A DNA stretch of 37,867 nt from a virus (IMGVR_UViG_3300020044_006136:1-37867); one strand, 5' to 3'; shown: positions 19,264 through 27,916, numbered from the stretch's first letter. Program-made: numbers and translations. Notes: generated by a model not told the origin, from the sequence alone.

Positions 19264-21100
19264 AGAGGTCATCTGTGACCAGCTTAACCACCTGTTGTGA
19301 GGCTTGCTCTGCTGGCTGCAAGATGGCGTCGGCCATAATTGGATCAATGGCTGCGGCCATAGACTCAAGCAGGCTATCGGTGTTAATGCGACCATTCTTG
19401 TCTAGTTGCAACAGATTTACAAACTGACCCAAGCGAGCTTCCTGCGTCTCGGGATCGTTGTTCAACACGTCAAAGCTAATCTTAATGTCAAAGTCCTCGT
19501 CGGGATTGCCCTTGTCGAAGCGCATGGGATCAGCCACGCCAGTTACGCGGAAGAACACCTGATCTGGGCCAAACCGCTGGTAGCACTTAAACGCCATCTT
19601 AATGACATCCTGCGTGTGAGACAGGAACTTGTTCACGAAGTATTGCTGGCGAATAGCTGACAGCGGATCGTCAACGGCAAATCCAACAATTTTGTCGGCA
19701 GCACCAATCATGGTGCGCTCCATCTCAATGGAGCCGGGGTTATACGGGGGAGTAGGCCCAAAGCTAATCTCGCCTGCACGACGAATTGGTATGTAGCGAC
19801 CGGGGCCGTAGTCCGAAGGCGCATTGCCGGGAGGATGAAGGATTGGCGGAAGAGTTGCCAAACTGTTGCGATCAGTGCGGCTATCACGTTCAGCCTTCAC
19901 CTGATCCTGTGGACCACGTAGCAAGTCGGAGAACGTCTCAAGGTCATACATCCGCTTAGAGCTATTGCTCAGGCGAGTGACTACGAATGGATAGTCGTTG
20001 TAGCCGTTCAGAAGCTCAAACTTGGCGTATCCCTGAATCTTGGCGTCACCAGACCACTTAGGGTGAAAGATGGTGCAGTAGATGCCCTCTGAGCCATCCT
20101 CGGAGTCAATGAGACGCTGGAAGCCGTAGACTACCTCAATTAGTTCGTTGGCGTTGTATTGCTGGCGATAGCGGGTTGTAGACGTGCCGCGAGTGCCATA
20201 CACGCTTTCAAGGTTGTAGGTGTTTACGCCGCGATACTTGGAGCAAATGTATTCCGCCCAAGACTCATCCCAGCCATCAGACGTAACGCGGGACAGCACC
20301 TCCTGCACAGTGAGGAAGGTGCGATAGAAGACAAAGGGAGCACGCTGTGGGTCAATGCAGTAAGACGGGAAGAACACGTCGCCATCGGGCGCACAGGTTT
20401 GCAGGAACGGACGGTCCACGGACAGGCGACTAATCGGAATTTCACCGACTCCCTTCTCGCGGAGTTCCTTCAACGCCTTCTTGGCACGCTTGTCCACCAA
20501 GTCAGGATAGACCGACTTGAACATGGCAATAATCTCATCGTCATTCTTGCCATCAATAATGAGACGAGCCAAGTCCGGCGAACTCGTGGCAATCTGGTTG
20601 AGGTCAATCTTCTGGAGATACTTCTTCTCCATGCGCTCCCAGCCAATGTAGGTGATCATCAGGCCGCGCTCAAGAAAGTAGTTGGCCCCAAGCTCCATCT
20701 CTTCTTTGAAACGCGGGATGTATGACGCCACCATCCACTTCAGAAATGCACTCACTACCCGGGCGCGACCAGTGTCGGAATGCTCGGTGGGATAGGCGCG
20801 AATGTTGGCTCGCGCCAACGACGCCATGAACAGCGAGACGTAATTGTTAATTCGCTCGTCAATGATGCGGGCTTCAGTATCAGATGCACCTTCCCAAGGG
20901 AACGCATCAGCCCCATGCTTTCGCATATCCACGGACTTCCCCGGCCAATTGCAACGACGATTGTCTCCGCTGCTAATGCACTGCGTGAAGTAGCTGGAAA
21001 GCTCAGTGAGCGTCCTATCATACGCTCCACGCAACACAACAACGTCAGGACCATCTTGGTCAACAAATGTGAGGGCGTGCTGAGACTTCGTTTCTTGCAT
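19010..21100 (-). CDS. Portal protein
   Basis: 696 aa with a Gln-rich C-terminus, between terminase and scaffold. Confidence 0.8.
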   Translation of the reverse strand: MQETKSQHALTFVDQDGPDVVVLRGAYDRTLTELSSYFTQCISSGDNRRCNWPGKSVDMRKHGADAFPWEGASDTEARIIDERINNYVSLFMASLARANIRAYPTEHSDTGRARVVSAFLKWMVASYIPRFKEEMELGANYFLERGLMITYIGWERMEKKYLQKIDLNQIATSSPDLARLIIDGKNDDEIIAMFKSVYPDLVDKRAKKALKELREKGVGEIPISRLSVDRPFLQTCAPDGDVFFPSYCIDPQRAPFVFYRTFLTVQEVLSRVTSDGWDESWAEYICSKYRGVNTYNLESVYGTRGTSTTRYRQQYNANELIEVVYGFQRLIDSEDGSEGIYCTIFHPKWSGDAKIQGYAKFELLNGYNDYPFVVTRLSNSSKRMYDLETFSDLLRGPQDQVKAERDSRTDRNSLATLPPILHPPGNAPSDYGPGRYIPIRRAGEISFGPTPPYNPGSIEMERTMIGAADKIVGFAVDDPLSAIRQQYFVNKFLSHTQDVIKMAFKCYQRFGPDQVFFRVTGVADPMRFDKGNPDEDFDIKISFDVLNNDPETQEARLGQFVNLLQLDKNGRINTDSLLESMAAAIDPIMADAILQPAEQASQQVVKLVTDDLSKIFAGIEMPARPNGAQIALQVIQQYVSQPDVAQRVEQDEAFRGRLEKYAQQYQFALTQMQNAQIGRVGTAPAQMGQVNTQSVQ

Positions 21101-21329
21101 GGTGTTGGTTGTTATGATAGCACGCTTTTGCGTGAGACATGGCGTTCTTTATGATGTTGGTGACGTATTCCTTAGGGCGACCAATCTTGTCAGACAACTC
21201 ATCGGGAAACATCTCAACCGCGCTGCCGCTTTTCGCGGTCATTGCATACTCGTAGGCTATGAGCCTGTCGGAATGACTCAATAGCCACTTCTTGTCTGTT
21301 GTGGGATCAATGTGGTTGTCCCTCAACAT
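21060..21329 (-). CDS. Hypothetical protein (possible C-terminal HTH)
   Basis: ORF fills the gap; start uncertain (21329 or 21389). Confidence 0.45.
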   Translation of the reverse strand: MLRDNHIDPTTDKKWLLSHSDRLIAYEYAMTAKSGSAVEMFPDELSDKIGRPKEYVTNIIKNAMSHAKACYHNNQHHARNEVSARPHIC

Positions 21330-21609
21330 AACGATAGGACGTGCCGGATTGATCTGTGATTGCTTCAACTTGGATGTTTTTGTTGACAAGTTTTTGCGTC
21401 AGGCGGCGAGGAATAGCAACATGAATGCAGCCGAGGTCGCGGCCTACGGCGGTGCAATAGACCCATTGCGGGTTATTTGCCTGCCGCAACACCTTAGCCG
21501 CAAAGATGTCGGTCTGCTTTGGTTCCTCAATAGCGGGAACAATTTCGGATTCAACAATAGCAACCACTTCATCAATGGGAGCCTTAACCTTGGGTTTGAT
21601 TTTTTTCAT
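21307..21609 (-). CDS. Hypothetical protein
   Basis: TAATG-coupled to terL. Confidence 0.6.
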   Translation of the reverse strand: MKKIKPKVKAPIDEVVAIVESEIVPAIEEPKQTDIFAAKVLRQANNPQWVYCTAVGRDLGCIHVAIPRRLTQKLVNKNIQVEAITDQSGTSYRYVEGQPH

Positions 21610-23222
21610 TAGTAGCCACCTCTAGAACCAACTTTAGTTTTCATGGAGTCTGGAGAGACATATCCGACTCCGCTCACTGCCAAATAGCGTATCACATCAA
21701 TAGGGTCTTTCCACGCCTCATCCTGCCCGCCTTCAGCGGTGTATTCCTGCAATGCCGAGATGATGTTCTGGCACCTATCAGAGATGTAAAAATGCGGCCT
21801 ATTCATCGAATCAATAGGCTTCTTCTTGTTGTAGGACATCTTAGTCTGCAATGCTTGCAGCCCGTCCTCAATGTCAATGCCGGGAGCCGGGATGAACACA
21901 AGCCCAGCGTCAGACAGGTCTTCGATGATGGATGATGCGCCTTCCTGCGTCTGGTACTTGGCTGCGCCTAGCCGTGGATCAATTAGCCGCTCAAAGATGG
22001 TGTCATTAGTCTCAGACTCCATGCCGGTGATGAGATCAACGTAGTCACGGATGCCATAGCCAAGTCCCTTTGCGGCTTCCCCGCTAGACCACTTGCCGCC
22101 ATGCCACTTAGCCCAATCGCCTACGTTGCCGTCGGGCCACTCCCGATAGACAAACCAAGTGTCCGTCTCGTCAATTGCCACCCAGCACATGAACCAGTTC
22201 TTGCGGCCCGCAGGATCAAGCACCATGTACTTGGTCTTGTTCTTGAGATCAATCTTCTCGTGGGCAATGACATTCACTTCCCGCGAGAAATTGGGGAACT
22301 TCGTAGACATTGACTTGGTAGCAATGCCATAGGCGCGAGTGAGGATTTCATTCTCTGGTCTTCCAGCCAAGTCCTTGGAGATACGCTCATAGCCTCCAAA
22401 GGGATTGTCTTTGCTGTGGAAGTAGATGATTCCCGCGTCCCGATTCCTAGACTTCTGGAGATAGGGTACGGCCCTTCCTTCAAGGAGTTCAGCGTCCTTG
22501 CTGCGTATCGTCTCGGCCCCTTGCACGTAGTCCCGCACAACCTCCGTATAGCCATCAATAGGCGTGAACGTAACCACCAGCTTGCTGTTGCGCGTAGCCA
22601 AGCGGAAACGCAGCGTAGCCAGAAGCTCAGGCCCAATCAAATACTCGTCGCACCATGCACCAATATTGAGCCACTTGGGATCGCGGCATCCCAACTCAGC
22701 ACCCTCAAGGATGGTGTCATTGTTCAGGTACTGGGCATACGTCTTGAAGATGATCGAACTCTTGCTGTTAGGCAGGATGAGACTCGACTTGCTGAAGCCA
22801 TTCTTCCGCGTGTAGGAGATGTTCTCCTCAGTGCCCAGCACCTTCACCCTATACTCCTCTGGCAAAGCGTCATAGATGGCGGACTGCTGCTGGCGGATAG
22901 AAACGTCCGCATTCTGTGCAAAGCACATAATCGTGGACTGTGGATTCTCCACTGCTGCCTTCACAATAGCATTAGCCGCAAAGCACGTCTTCCCGCTCCG
23001 ATTGCCACCACTCACCAGAAGCTCAGAGTGGGAAGCCATCAACTCCTCGGCATCCTTCCAATGGGGCAGCTTCCAGCCATAACGGTAGTTGTCACGCCTG
23101 CTATTGGCAATGGCCGCGTGATAAAGCGTGTGAAGCTTCACCACCTCCTCCGGCGACATAGACGCAAGCTCCGCGTCAGTCGGTGGCTTCAGCACCTCAT
23201 GCTTTTCCCACAATAGGCTCAT
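21609..23222 (-). CDS. terL: Terminase large subunit
   Basis: Walker A GGNRSGKT, Walker B-like AWCDE, TFTP motif, C-terminal nuclease residues LDPAG...KDPIDVIRY. Confidence 0.92.
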   Translation of the reverse strand: MSLLWEKHEVLKPPTDAELASMSPEEVVKLHTLYHAAIANSRRDNYRYGWKLPHWKDAEELMASHSELLVSGGNRSGKTCFAANAIVKAAVENPQSTIMCFAQNADVSIRQQQSAIYDALPEEYRVKVLGTEENISYTRKNGFSKSSLILPNSKSSIIFKTYAQYLNNDTILEGAELGCRDPKWLNIGAWCDEYLIGPELLATLRFRLATRNSKLVVTFTPIDGYTEVVRDYVQGAETIRSKDAELLEGRAVPYLQKSRNRDAGIIYFHSKDNPFGGYERISKDLAGRPENEILTRAYGIATKSMSTKFPNFSREVNVIAHEKIDLKNKTKYMVLDPAGRKNWFMCWVAIDETDTWFVYREWPDGNVGDWAKWHGGKWSSGEAAKGLGYGIRDYVDLITGMESETNDTIFERLIDPRLGAAKYQTQEGASSIIEDLSDAGLVFIPAPGIDIEDGLQALQTKMSYNKKKPIDSMNRPHFYISDRCQNIISALQEYTAEGGQDEAWKDPIDVIRYLAVSGVGYVSPDSMKTKVGSRGGY

Positions 23223-23740
23223 TCCTTGATTTCGCTAACCGTAGTCTCGATGGACGCCAGCTTCATCTTAGCCCTAGCCTCCTCAATAGCCTTCATTGCG
23301 TCCTCCAAACTCGGGGCACCACTCTTATGCTCCACAATAACCTTGTTCTCTCCCATAGCCGACAGGAACTTATCATTAGCTATACCCCAAGGAAGCGTCA
23401 GGTCTCGTATGTTAGTCTTAGCCAACTGCTCAGGGTCTTCCGCCAGCATACGCATCTTCTCCTTCTGCAATAGCCGCAAGCCCTCCACGATGTCCAGAGC
23501 ATCCTCTGCCAAGGAAGCACGCCGCTCATTCAGAGCCATCTTATGCCGCGCCTTAAGCCGCGCCACAGTCTCCCATTTAAGCCCAGTCTTCTTATGGATG
23601 GAGTTGAACGTCTCCCCCTCCGCCAGCATCTCCAGAGCCTTTATAGCCAAAGCCGGATCACGCCGCTCCAAGTAGTTGCCCGTCTTGTCCGCATTGGCAA
23701 CCACAGACTTGGAGATGTCACTAATCTTACGCTTTGGCAT
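23219..23740 (-). CDS. Putative terminase small subunit (HTH)
   Basis: HTH-like N-terminal region; ATGA overlap with terL. Confidence 0.6.
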   Translation of the reverse strand: MPKRKISDISKSVVANADKTGNYLERRDPALAIKALEMLAEGETFNSIHKKTGLKWETVARLKARHKMALNERRASLAEDALDIVEGLRLLQKEKMRMLAEDPEQLAKTNIRDLTLPWGIANDKFLSAMGENKVIVEHKSGAPSLEDAMKAIEEARAKMKLASIETTVSEIKE

Positions 23741-24256
23741 ACACCACCTCTACTACACCACGGCACTTATACAAGCAGTTTATTCGCTGGCACTACAAAC
23801 AACACATCTCTTTGTAGCACGCTATATTACATAACACCCAAATTTTATTCGCAACCTTTGCCCCCTTTCCCCCGTCCCTTACAACATCTTTGGTTGCAAC
23901 TATGTTGACGCGACCTCTCTTTGAGACACTCACCGCGTAAACTAGGTTAGTTGCCTTGCAGCTTCTCTGGGCGGAAGACCTACTGCAAAATTTTTTAAAG
24001 TGCTTATGGGATCAATCTCAATTTGGCTGCCCCCCACGCCACTGAACCCCCTCCCCCCCGGCGTGCGTGAGCATATGCGCATGCGCTCATATGCAAGGCA
24101 ATGGATTTGCAAGTTGGCTGGGGCGGAGTTGGGGAGAGGACGCGAGCGAATGGCAGCGGAAATGGGCGCGTGAGCAGGCGTTAAACAAGGGGAAAGGGTT
24201 TGGAGTCGCTGCGGATGTTATGCACTTCCCTTCTTTCGCTCCATTTCGCATCCCGA

Positions 24257-24307
24257 TTGCAAGTGGATTTATGACACAGGAACAAGAGGATTGGCTTGTA
24301 ATCTGTG
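24257..24307 (+). promoter_or_regulatory. Repeated early promoter/operator motif, copy 1
   Basis: TTGCAA-N28-TTGGCTTGTAATCTGTG; the same architecture recurs at 25525-25575. Confidence 0.45.
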
Positions 24308-24375
24308 AGAGGTTTAACAGAGTCAGGAAAGCAGAGGCACAAAGCCGACGCAAAAAAGAAATAACACAAAAAACA

Positions 24376-25086
24376 ATGAAATATCTAACCACAGAAAACG
24401 CGAAAACAACCAAGGGCGAGTCCCTTGGGTTCTTGACCGCCATACTCTACCTTGCGCCGTCTAACCTCAGTGGTCGCAACGTATGCCCACACGCAAGCAC
24501 TGGATGCATAGATGCGTGCTTATTTTCGGCGGGAATGGGTGCATTTTCTAACGTCAAGGCGGCGCGCATCGCGAAAACAAGGGCGTTTTTCGCCGATCCG
24601 AAACAGTTCATAGAAGACATCGCAGGGGACATCGAAGCGGCGCAACGCAAAGCAGGCCGGGAGAAACTCACCCTTTGCGTGCGTCTAAATGGAACTTCGG
24701 ATATTTCTTGGGAAATTTATGGCGGCCAAGCTGGCGTTTCTTTGATGGCGCGATTCCCTGAGGTGAGTTTCTACGATTACACAAAAAACCCATCCCGCGT
24801 TCGTGCTTTCCTTGCGGGAAAGTTTCCCCCTAACTACTCCCTGACTTTCTCGCGCTCTGAGTCTAACGGCGACACCGCGTTGTCCCTTGCAAGCGCCGGG
24901 GCGAATGTTGCAGTAGTTTTCGACACCTCAAAAAGAGATGCGTTGCCTGCAGAATGGGCGGGGCGACCGGTTGTTGACGGCGACGTGTCTGATTTGCGTT
25001 TCCTTGACGCGCGGGGGCGAATCGTTGGCTTGCGCGCAAAGGGTCAGGCAAAGAAAGATGAAAGCGGTTTTGTTGTTTACGTTTAA
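24376..25086 (+). CDS. GP88-family protein (Cys cluster, radical-SAM-like fold suspected)
   Basis: CPHASTGCIDACL, VRLNGTSD, FYDYTK, DGDxSDLRFLD motifs; ATG at 24376 after an A-rich leader. Confidence 0.7.
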   Translation: MKYLTTENAKTTKGESLGFLTAILYLAPSNLSGRNVCPHASTGCIDACLFSAGMGAFSNVKAARIAKTRAFFADPKQFIEDIAGDIEAAQRKAGREKLTLCVRLNGTSDISWEIYGGQAGVSLMARFPEVSFYDYTKNPSRVRAFLAGKFPPNYSLTFSRSESNGDTALSLASAGANVAVVFDTSKRDALPAEWAGRPVVDGDVSDLRFLDARGRIVGLRAKGQAKKDESGFVVYV

Positions 25087-25091
25087 TCTAC

Positions 25092-25181
25092 ATGAAAAAA
25101 TCAGACTTCCTTTCAACCCTCGCTTTTCTAGTCCTCCGCCTCTTTGGCCTGCTCTTTTCCGTCTTGTCCGCTCTGCTCTAA
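25092..25181 (+). CDS. 29-aa hydrophobic peptide
   Basis: MKKSDFLSTLAFLVLRLFGLLFSVLSALL, between the GP88 stop and the terminator. Confidence 0.45.
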   Translation: MKKSDFLSTLAFLVLRLFGLLFSVLSALL

Positions 25182-25200
25182 ACCTAGCAAACACAAACAC

Positions 25201-25231
25201 AAGGGGCGCCCCAATTAGGGCGCCCCTTTTT
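25201..25231 (+). terminator. Rho-independent terminator
   Basis: AAGGGGCGCCC-CAATTA-GGGCGCCCCTTTTT. Confidence 0.8.
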
Positions 25232-25290
25232 CGTGCCCCAGTCTTGCCCTAGCCACGAATCGAAACCCCTAGAAACGCAAGGAAAGGCAC

Positions 25291-25450
25291 CTTGCGCCCC
25301 TCTTTTTTCACCTAGTTTGCCCCCCCTAGTTTGCGCCCTTGCGCCCTAGCTTGCGCCCTTGCTTGCTTGGCTTGCGCCATGCCTTGCGCCATTGCGCCGT
25401 CTTGTCTTGCTTGTCTTGCTTGCGCCTTGCTTGCGCCATGTCTTGCGCCA
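25291..25450. repeat. TTGCGCC heptamer array (about 10 copies)
   Basis: Non-coding and A-depleted on the plus strand; interspersed CTTG/CTAG units. Confidence 0.85.
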
Positions 25451-25463
25451 TACGCAAATAAAG

Positions 25464-25509
25464 CCTCCTTAAGGAGGGAATTCCCTTAAGGAGAGAATTC
25501 CCTTAAGAG
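25464..25509. repeat. 17-bp tandem repeats built from palindromes
   Basis: CCTTAAGGAGGGAATTC / CCTTAAGGAGAGAATTC / CCTTAAGAG; contains the palindromes CCTCCTTAAGGAGG and GGGAATTCCC. Confidence 0.8.
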
Positions 25510-25524
25510 CGCAATTTGAACACG

Positions 25525-25586
25525 TTGCAAACTATCTCACTTATTTATTAAAAAAGGCTTGGCTTTTAATCTGGGCACCTTATGGT
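25525..25586 (+). promoter_or_regulatory. Repeated early promoter/operator motif, copy 2
   Basis: TTGCAA-N28-TTGGCTTTTAATCTGGG with an AT-rich UP-like tract. Confidence 0.45.
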
Positions 25587-25632
25587 TTTGGCAATCCCGA
25601 CACGGGCAACAAAAACAGATAGGAAATTGACT

Positions 25633-25815
25633 ATGGAAATCTACATTGAATTCTTCAGGGACGCGGCTTATGAGGAGCCGTTTTTCATCGGCGACCGGAA
25701 ATTCGTCTACTGCTGGGGAAAACGGGCAGACGGACGCATCGACAATGCCGTCTATTCTTTCGCCGGGGATGTGACTTTTTCCTACGAATATTTCCAGAGC
25801 CTTTTGGGTAAATAA
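25633..25815 (+). CDS. Early hypothetical protein (60 aa)
   Basis: ATG at 25633 after AGGAAA. Confidence 0.6.
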   Translation: MEIYIEFFRDAAYEEPFFIGDRKFVYCWGKRADGRIDNAVYSFAGDVTFSYEYFQSLLGK

Positions 25816-25850
25816 CAAAGTAAGATAAACCAATAAAACAAAGTAATAAT

Positions 25851-26210
25851 ATGAAACCTACCGTTCAAATCATCAGTCCGGCTTCGCGTGGAGCCTACCA
25901 TTCCATCCGTTCTGCTGCGCTGCTCTACACGAGCACCAGCGGCACTTCCTATCTCATCGCTGACCTGTGGTGCGGAGGGAATGTCGAGGGCGAATGCTAC
26001 AGGACGCACATTTGCAAATTGGACGAGGAGGATCACAAAACCGTCATCAATCGGACGCAGTTCAAGAACGGCGAGAAGTTTGTTTTGGATTCCGTCGAGT
26101 TTGGTGACCTGATGGACACGATGCCGCTGACTTGGGTGCGCTATCGCCACGCCAATCCCACGCATAAACGCATCGTCGAGAAAGCACACAAACTCCTTTG
26201 CGTCGTTTGA
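25851..26210 (+). CDS. Early hypothetical protein
   Basis: 119 aa with an A-rich leader. Confidence 0.65.
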   Translation: MKPTVQIISPASRGAYHSIRSAALLYTSTSGTSYLIADLWCGGNVEGECYRTHICKLDEEDHKTVINRTQFKNGEKFVLDSVEFGDLMDTMPLTWVRYRHANPTHKRIVEKAHKLLCVV

Positions 26211-26212
26211 CT

Positions 26213-26247
26213 CACCTCCTAGCTCTCACTTCTGAGGGCTACAGGGT
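26213..26247 (+). promoter_or_regulatory. Intergenic stem-loop with internal loop (possible RNase III-type processing site)
   Basis: CACCT-CC-TAGCTCTCA-CTTC-TGAGGGCTA-CA-GGGTG, no U-tract. Confidence 0.4.
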
Positions 26248-26289
26248 GCGCCAATAGGCCGCTATAACGCTAGTAAATCAATAAAACAC

Positions 26290-27237
26290 ATGAGCCACGA
26301 AATTGAAATTAATGACACGGTAGTTTACGGCAGCAACACACCCGCATGGCATGGGCTGGGGACGGTCTTTGCTGGCCTTTTAAGCCCTTTGCGGGTCTTC
26401 GCCGAGGGAGTGGGGCACCGGGACATCCTAGAGGTGCCAGTGATGCTGAACGGCCTCACGCTCCCCGGCCAAAAGGGGTTGGTGGGGATCACATCCAAAG
26501 GCGTACAGGTGCCGCTTGCGGTGGTGGGTGACGGCTACGGATTGCTCAAAAGCGAATCCATGTATCGCATCCTTGAGGGCGTCTACGGCGGGCAGGCTGT
26601 TGTCGACGCTGCCGGGACTCTCCGCAACGGTGCCCGCGAGTGGTGCCTCGTTAAACGGTCGGCGTGGAATGTGAGCCGGGACGATAGCGTCATGACTTAT
26701 GACCTCTGGCTCAATCATCACGACGGCTCTGGCTGCTTCTCCCTTCACCGGACCAACATCCGCGTGGTGTGCGCCAACACTTGGAAGATGGCTGTTCAGG
26801 GCGGGAACCGCGTCTTTGGCGTGCGCCATACGAAGAACGTGGCGCAAGGTGTAGAAGCTGCCTTGCAAGTGCTGGGCTACGTCGAGAGTCAGGAGCAAGC
26901 GCAGCGTGCGGCGGCGCAGCGTATGGCCACGGCTTACATGAGCCGCGATGAGGCGTCCAAAGCATTCAATATCCTTCTTGGCATCCGCGACGGGGTGGAG
27001 GCGTCCACTCGCGCAGAAAATCAGGCGAAAGAGCTTAACCGCCTCTTTATGACTGGCGCAGGCAATCACGGCCTGACCCGCTGGGACGCCTTCAATGCGA
27101 TCACCGAATACGTCGATCACGGGCGGGCTACTCGTGTTGCGGATGGTCGCGATGGTGCCGAGGTGCGGTTTGAGTCGGTCCTCATGGGGTCTGGCGATGC
27201 TCTGAAGGCCAAAGCCTTCGACCTCCTGAGCGTCTAA
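26290..27237 (+). CDS. DUF932/DUF945-family phage/plasmid protein
   Basis: PAWHGLG, NHHDGS, IRVVCANT, RHTKN, TRWDAFNAITEYVDH motifs. Confidence 0.85.
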   Translation: MSHEIEINDTVVYGSNTPAWHGLGTVFAGLLSPLRVFAEGVGHRDILEVPVMLNGLTLPGQKGLVGITSKGVQVPLAVVGDGYGLLKSESMYRILEGVYGGQAVVDAAGTLRNGAREWCLVKRSAWNVSRDDSVMTYDLWLNHHDGSGCFSLHRTNIRVVCANTWKMAVQGGNRVFGVRHTKNVAQGVEAALQVLGYVESQEQAQRAAAQRMATAYMSRDEASKAFNILLGIRDGVEASTRAENQAKELNRLFMTGAGNHGLTRWDAFNAITEYVDHGRATRVADGRDGAEVRFESVLMGSGDALKAKAFDLLSV

Positions 27238-27255
27238 GCCCCTAATTAAGCACCC

Positions 27256-27288
27256 AAAGCCCTCTCCCTCACAGGAGGGGGCTTTTTT
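27256..27288 (+). terminator. Rho-independent terminator
   Basis: AAAGCCCTCTCC-CTCACA-GGAGGGGGCTTTTTT. Confidence 0.8.
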
Positions 27289-27351
27289 GTGATTAAAATG
27301 ATCAATAGAGGTGTTTTTACTGAGCAGTAAAACGGTAATTTATGGTAAAAT

Positions 27352-27564
27352 TTACGTCACGTCATCATTCCAAATAAGGACGGTGGTGGGGTTAATTCGG
27401 ATAACCGAGAACGGTCGCCGGGGAACCTCGGGGATCACTTCCTCGGGCACCACCATCACCGGCTGGTGAATGGTTTCCTCAATTGGGTGGCCAAACAGGT
27501 CCACGGGGGGCTTGCGGGAGGCGTTTCCTTGCGTTTTAAGGCGATTTGTCGGAGCGTTTGGCAT
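27352..27564 (-). CDS. Hypothetical protein (70 aa)
   Basis: Downstream of and overlapping the PEP-CTERM mini-gene. Confidence 0.4.
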   Translation of the reverse strand: MPNAPTNRLKTQGNASRKPPVDLFGHPIEETIHQPVMVVPEEVIPEVPRRPFSVIRINPTTVLIWNDDVT

Positions 27565-27724
27565 TTGGTGGCTGACGGGTGTCCTTAAAGCGTAGAATCG
27601 CCAGCAAAATCAAACAGAGGGCGAGGAAAGTGGCGCCATAGGTAGACGGCTCAGGGACAATGGGGTGCGGCGGGTGCTTACGCGACTCGTAAATGGTCCA
27701 CGCATCGTTTTCTCGCTGGTTCAT
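27536..27724 (-). CDS. Stand-alone PEP-CTERM mini-protein (62 aa)
   Basis: IVPEPSTYGATFLALCLILLAILRFK = PEP motif, TM helix and basic residues; ATG at 27724. Confidence 0.65.
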   Translation of the reverse strand: MNQRENDAWTIYESRKHPPHPIVPEPSTYGATFLALCLILLAILRFKDTRQPPNAKRSDKSP

Positions 27725-27792
27725 TCGTGGAGCAGGGCCAGAACAAGGGGCGACGTAAACGAAAAAGTTTTTCCCACTTGCGCGACCGCGTG

Positions 27793-27801
27793 TGTTATCA
27801 T
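27793..27801 (+). promoter_or_regulatory. Extended -10 promoter for the structured region
   Basis: TGTTATCAT (TGn plus TATCAT). Confidence 0.45.
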
Positions 27802-27815
27802 TCGTTCCTGTCAGT

Positions 27816-27916
27816 TGCGGGGTCAAGCCGCACAAAAAGTCTAACTTTGGGGACGCGCTCCTCAAGAAAGGGCCGAATGTGCTACTTGACCTAGCCTTCG
27901 GCCCTTTGCTTTTTCT
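27816..27916 (+). promoter_or_regulatory. Two-hairpin leader with complementary loops; the second hairpin is terminator-like
   Basis: Loop GGTCAAG (27821-27827) is complementary to loop CTTGACC (27885-27891); 11-bp stem followed by a U-rich tract. Confidence 0.6.

Noticed and set aside
24067-24375. N-terminal extension of the GP88 ORF
   Set aside because: Overlaps promoter and palindromic sequence; the conserved-looking protein begins at ATG 24376.
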